Positions 35,943 to 37,751 of a DNA stretch of 37,751 nt are shown here, one piece after another; the stretch's first letter is position 1, and each line of letters opens with the position of its first letter. Under the pieces are notes generated by a model. It worked only from the letters and a program-made list of their open reading frames with translations, was not told the origin of the DNA and did not search any database. Position numbers and translations under genes: made by a program. Origin of the DNA: Capsulimonadales bacterium. GTDB lineage: Bacteria; Armatimonadota; Armatimonadia; Armatimonadales; Armatimonadaceae. The DNA lies in NCBI GenBank assembly GCA_033762295.1, contig JANRLW010000011.1, positions 1-37,751 of the forward strand, read 5' to 3'.

Positions 35943-37751
35943 TTACGGAACGGCTGCGCAGGTCGCCGACGGACTGGCGTTCCCCGCGTTCTGGCTGGCG
36001 TAGGTCAACGTCACCTTCGGTTTGGTTCCCGCCGCCGCTGCGGAGGTCGGGAAGGTCAACGTCACCACCAGAGTTCCCCCTTTGGCGATCGTCTGAGCGG
36101 TCGTCGGAGACAGGGTCGTCTGAGCGGTCGTGTTCAGTTTCGCCCCGGTGAACGTGACCCCGCGGGCGGAATAGTTGCCGTTATTCCTAATCGTGACCTT
36201 TACCGTCAGGGTCGATCCCGATCGGGTGATCGTCGGGGCCGGCGTGGTCACGATTCCGAGGGTCGTATTGCCCATCGCCACCTTGAAGACCGCCGCATTG
36301 CTGACACCGCCCCCAGGTGCGGGATTCGTCACGGTGACCTGGACATCGCCAACCGTCGTCAGCAAACTCGACGGGACACTGGCCCGAACCTGCGTCGCCG
36401 AAAGGTAGGTGGTCGTCAGGTTGGAATTCTTGAACCGGATGACCGATCCTCTGACGAATCCCGTCCCCGTGACGGTCAGCGTGGTCGCTCCGGCGAGTTC
36501 GGTCACCTGGGTCGGCGAGAGGGCGGTGACCGTCGGCGTCGGGTTGTTGATCGTAAAGTCCAACGGTCCCGACACCCCGCCACCGGGTTCCGGATTATTT
36601 ACCGTCACCCGGATGGTTCCGGCGGTCGTCAGTGCGGAGCTCGGGACGGTGGCCGTCAACTGTGTCGCGGATACAAAGGTGGTCGTCAGGGCGGTCGCGC
36701 CGAAGCGAACCTCCGCCCCGCGGACGAAGGCCGATCCGTTCACCGTGAGGGTAAAGCCGCTGGCTCCCGCCTTCGCCGAGGACGGGGCCAGAGCCGTGGC
36801 GGTCGGTAACGGATTGGCGACCGTCAGGACCACGGGTTCGCTGGCTCCGCCGCCCGGCGCCGGGTTGGAAACGGTGAGGTCGAACGTTCCTGCCGTTGTC
36901 AGGGAGGTGGCGGGCACGGCGGCGGTCAGGGTCGTTCCCGAAACAAAGGTCGTCGGCAGGGCCGTTCCGTTCAGCGAAACCGTCGAACCGGAAACGAACC
37001 CGCTGCCATTCACGGTCAGTGTGGCCGCCTCACTTCCGACGGGCACGGTTTCCGGAGAAATACCGGTGACGGCAGGCTCCGGGTTATTGATCGTAAAGGT
37101 GATCGAATTGCTCGGACCACCTGCGTTTCCGGGATTGGCCACGGTGACGGCGCGAGTACCGGCGGTTGCCAGGGCGGTCGCCGGGATCGTTGCCGACAAC
37201 CGGACCGGGGAAACGTAGGTCGTCACCAGATTCGTGGTACCGAACTTGACCGTCGCGCCGGAGAGAAAATTCGCGCCGTCCACCTGAATCGTGGTCGCCC
37301 CGGTCCCGGCGGTCACCACATCGGGCGACAGCGTATCGATTTTCGGCGCGGGTTGACGCACCGTGAACGGGATCGGATTACTCGTCGCCCCTCCATCGGG
37401 CTGAGATTGGGTGACCGTTAACTCGGTGGTTCGGGCGACCGCCAACAGGTCGGCGGTGACATAGGCGGTCAACTGCGTCGGCGAAATCCAGGTGGTCGAC
37501 ACGGCTTGCCCGCCCAGTTTCACCGTCGCATTGGTAAAAAAGTTCGTACCGTTCACGGTGACGGTCGTGTTCCAGCTCCCGGCCATCACCGCATTCGGAT
37601 TCACGGTGGAGACGCTCGGAGCGGTGACCGGCGTCCCGGCGACGGCGATCCGTGCGACGAAGGAACCGCTTCCGGAGAAGAAGTTGGAGGGAGTCCACAT
37701 CAGCCCCGAGGTAAAGGAGACCAGGGTCGCATCCGGGCCGGTCAGAATCCG
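35943..37751 (-). CDS. IPT/TIG-repeat surface protein, 3' part (5' end outside window)
   Basis: Five ~88-aa repeats P....LSP...LTV.G..F..G..V......L.TT.VS.T.L.A.VP...L...G...VTV.NP.PGGG; frame is open to the window edge. Confidence 0.88.
   Translation of the reverse strand, partial: RILTGPDATLVSFTSGLMWTPSNFFSGSGSFVARIAVAGTPVTAPSVSTVNPNAVMAGSWNTTVTVNGTNFFTNATVKLGGQAVSTTWISPTQLTAYVTADLLAVARTTELTVTQSQPDGGATSNPIPFTVRQPAPKIDTLSPDVVTAGTGATTIQVDGANFLSGATVKFGTTNLVTTYVSPVRLSATIPATALATAGTRAVTVANPGNAGGPSNSITFTINNPEPAVTGISPETVPVGSEAATLTVNGSGFVSGSTVSLNGTALPTTFVSGTTLTAAVPATSLTTAGTFDLTVSNPAPGGGASEPVVLTVANPLPTATALAPSSAKAGASGFTLTVNGSAFVRGAEVRFGATALTTTFVSATQLTATVPSSALTTAGTIRVTVNNPEPGGGVSGPLDFTINNPTPTVTALSPTQVTELAGATTLTVTGTGFVRGSVIRFKNSNLTTTYLSATQVRASVPSSLLTTVGDVQVTVTNPAPGGGVSNAAVFKVAMGNTTLGIVTTPAPTITRSGSTLTVKVTIRNNGNYSARGVTFTGAKLNTTAQTTLSPTTAQTIAKGGTLVVTLTFPTSAAAAGTKPKVTLTYASQNAGNASPSATCAAVP

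Noticed and set aside
33591..36809. 1072-aa plus-strand ORF
   Set aside because: Antisense shadow of the DUF1549 and IPT genes; Arg/Gly-rich with no motifs, as expected in GC-rich DNA

Overview
GC-rich bacterial chromosomal window. The lineage is not provable from sequence alone; the Terrabacteria-type r-protein order, a T-box riboswitch and planctomycete-like DUF1501/DUF1549 genes together would fit Armatimonadota (inference). Left to right: the end of the alpha r-protein operon (rpsK-rpsD-rpoA-rplQ-truA-rplM-rpsI); dxs; a SAM methyltransferase; and an ~6 kb accessory block abutting the 3' end of tRNA-Arg(CCG). That block encodes a STAS-like/GHKL kinase, a STAS-like/winged-HTH protein, a MoxR AAA+ ATPase, an HExxH-metallopeptidase/vWA protein and a Zn-finger/WD40 protein, and is the best candidate for an undescribed system. 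Then: AhpD-like protein; TetR and a divergent membrane protein with twin operators; valS under a Val(GUC) T-box; bestrophin + beta-carbonic anhydrase; Zn-dehydrogenase + aldo/keto reductase; RffA-like aminotransferase; 1-Cys peroxiredoxin; CBM9-like protein; MFS transporter; a split DUF1501 / cytochrome c-WD40 / PPC / DUF1549-DUF1553 cluster around PhyH and UxuA-like genes; and the 3' part of an IPT/TIG-repeat protein. No CRISPR array, integrase or transposase was seen.
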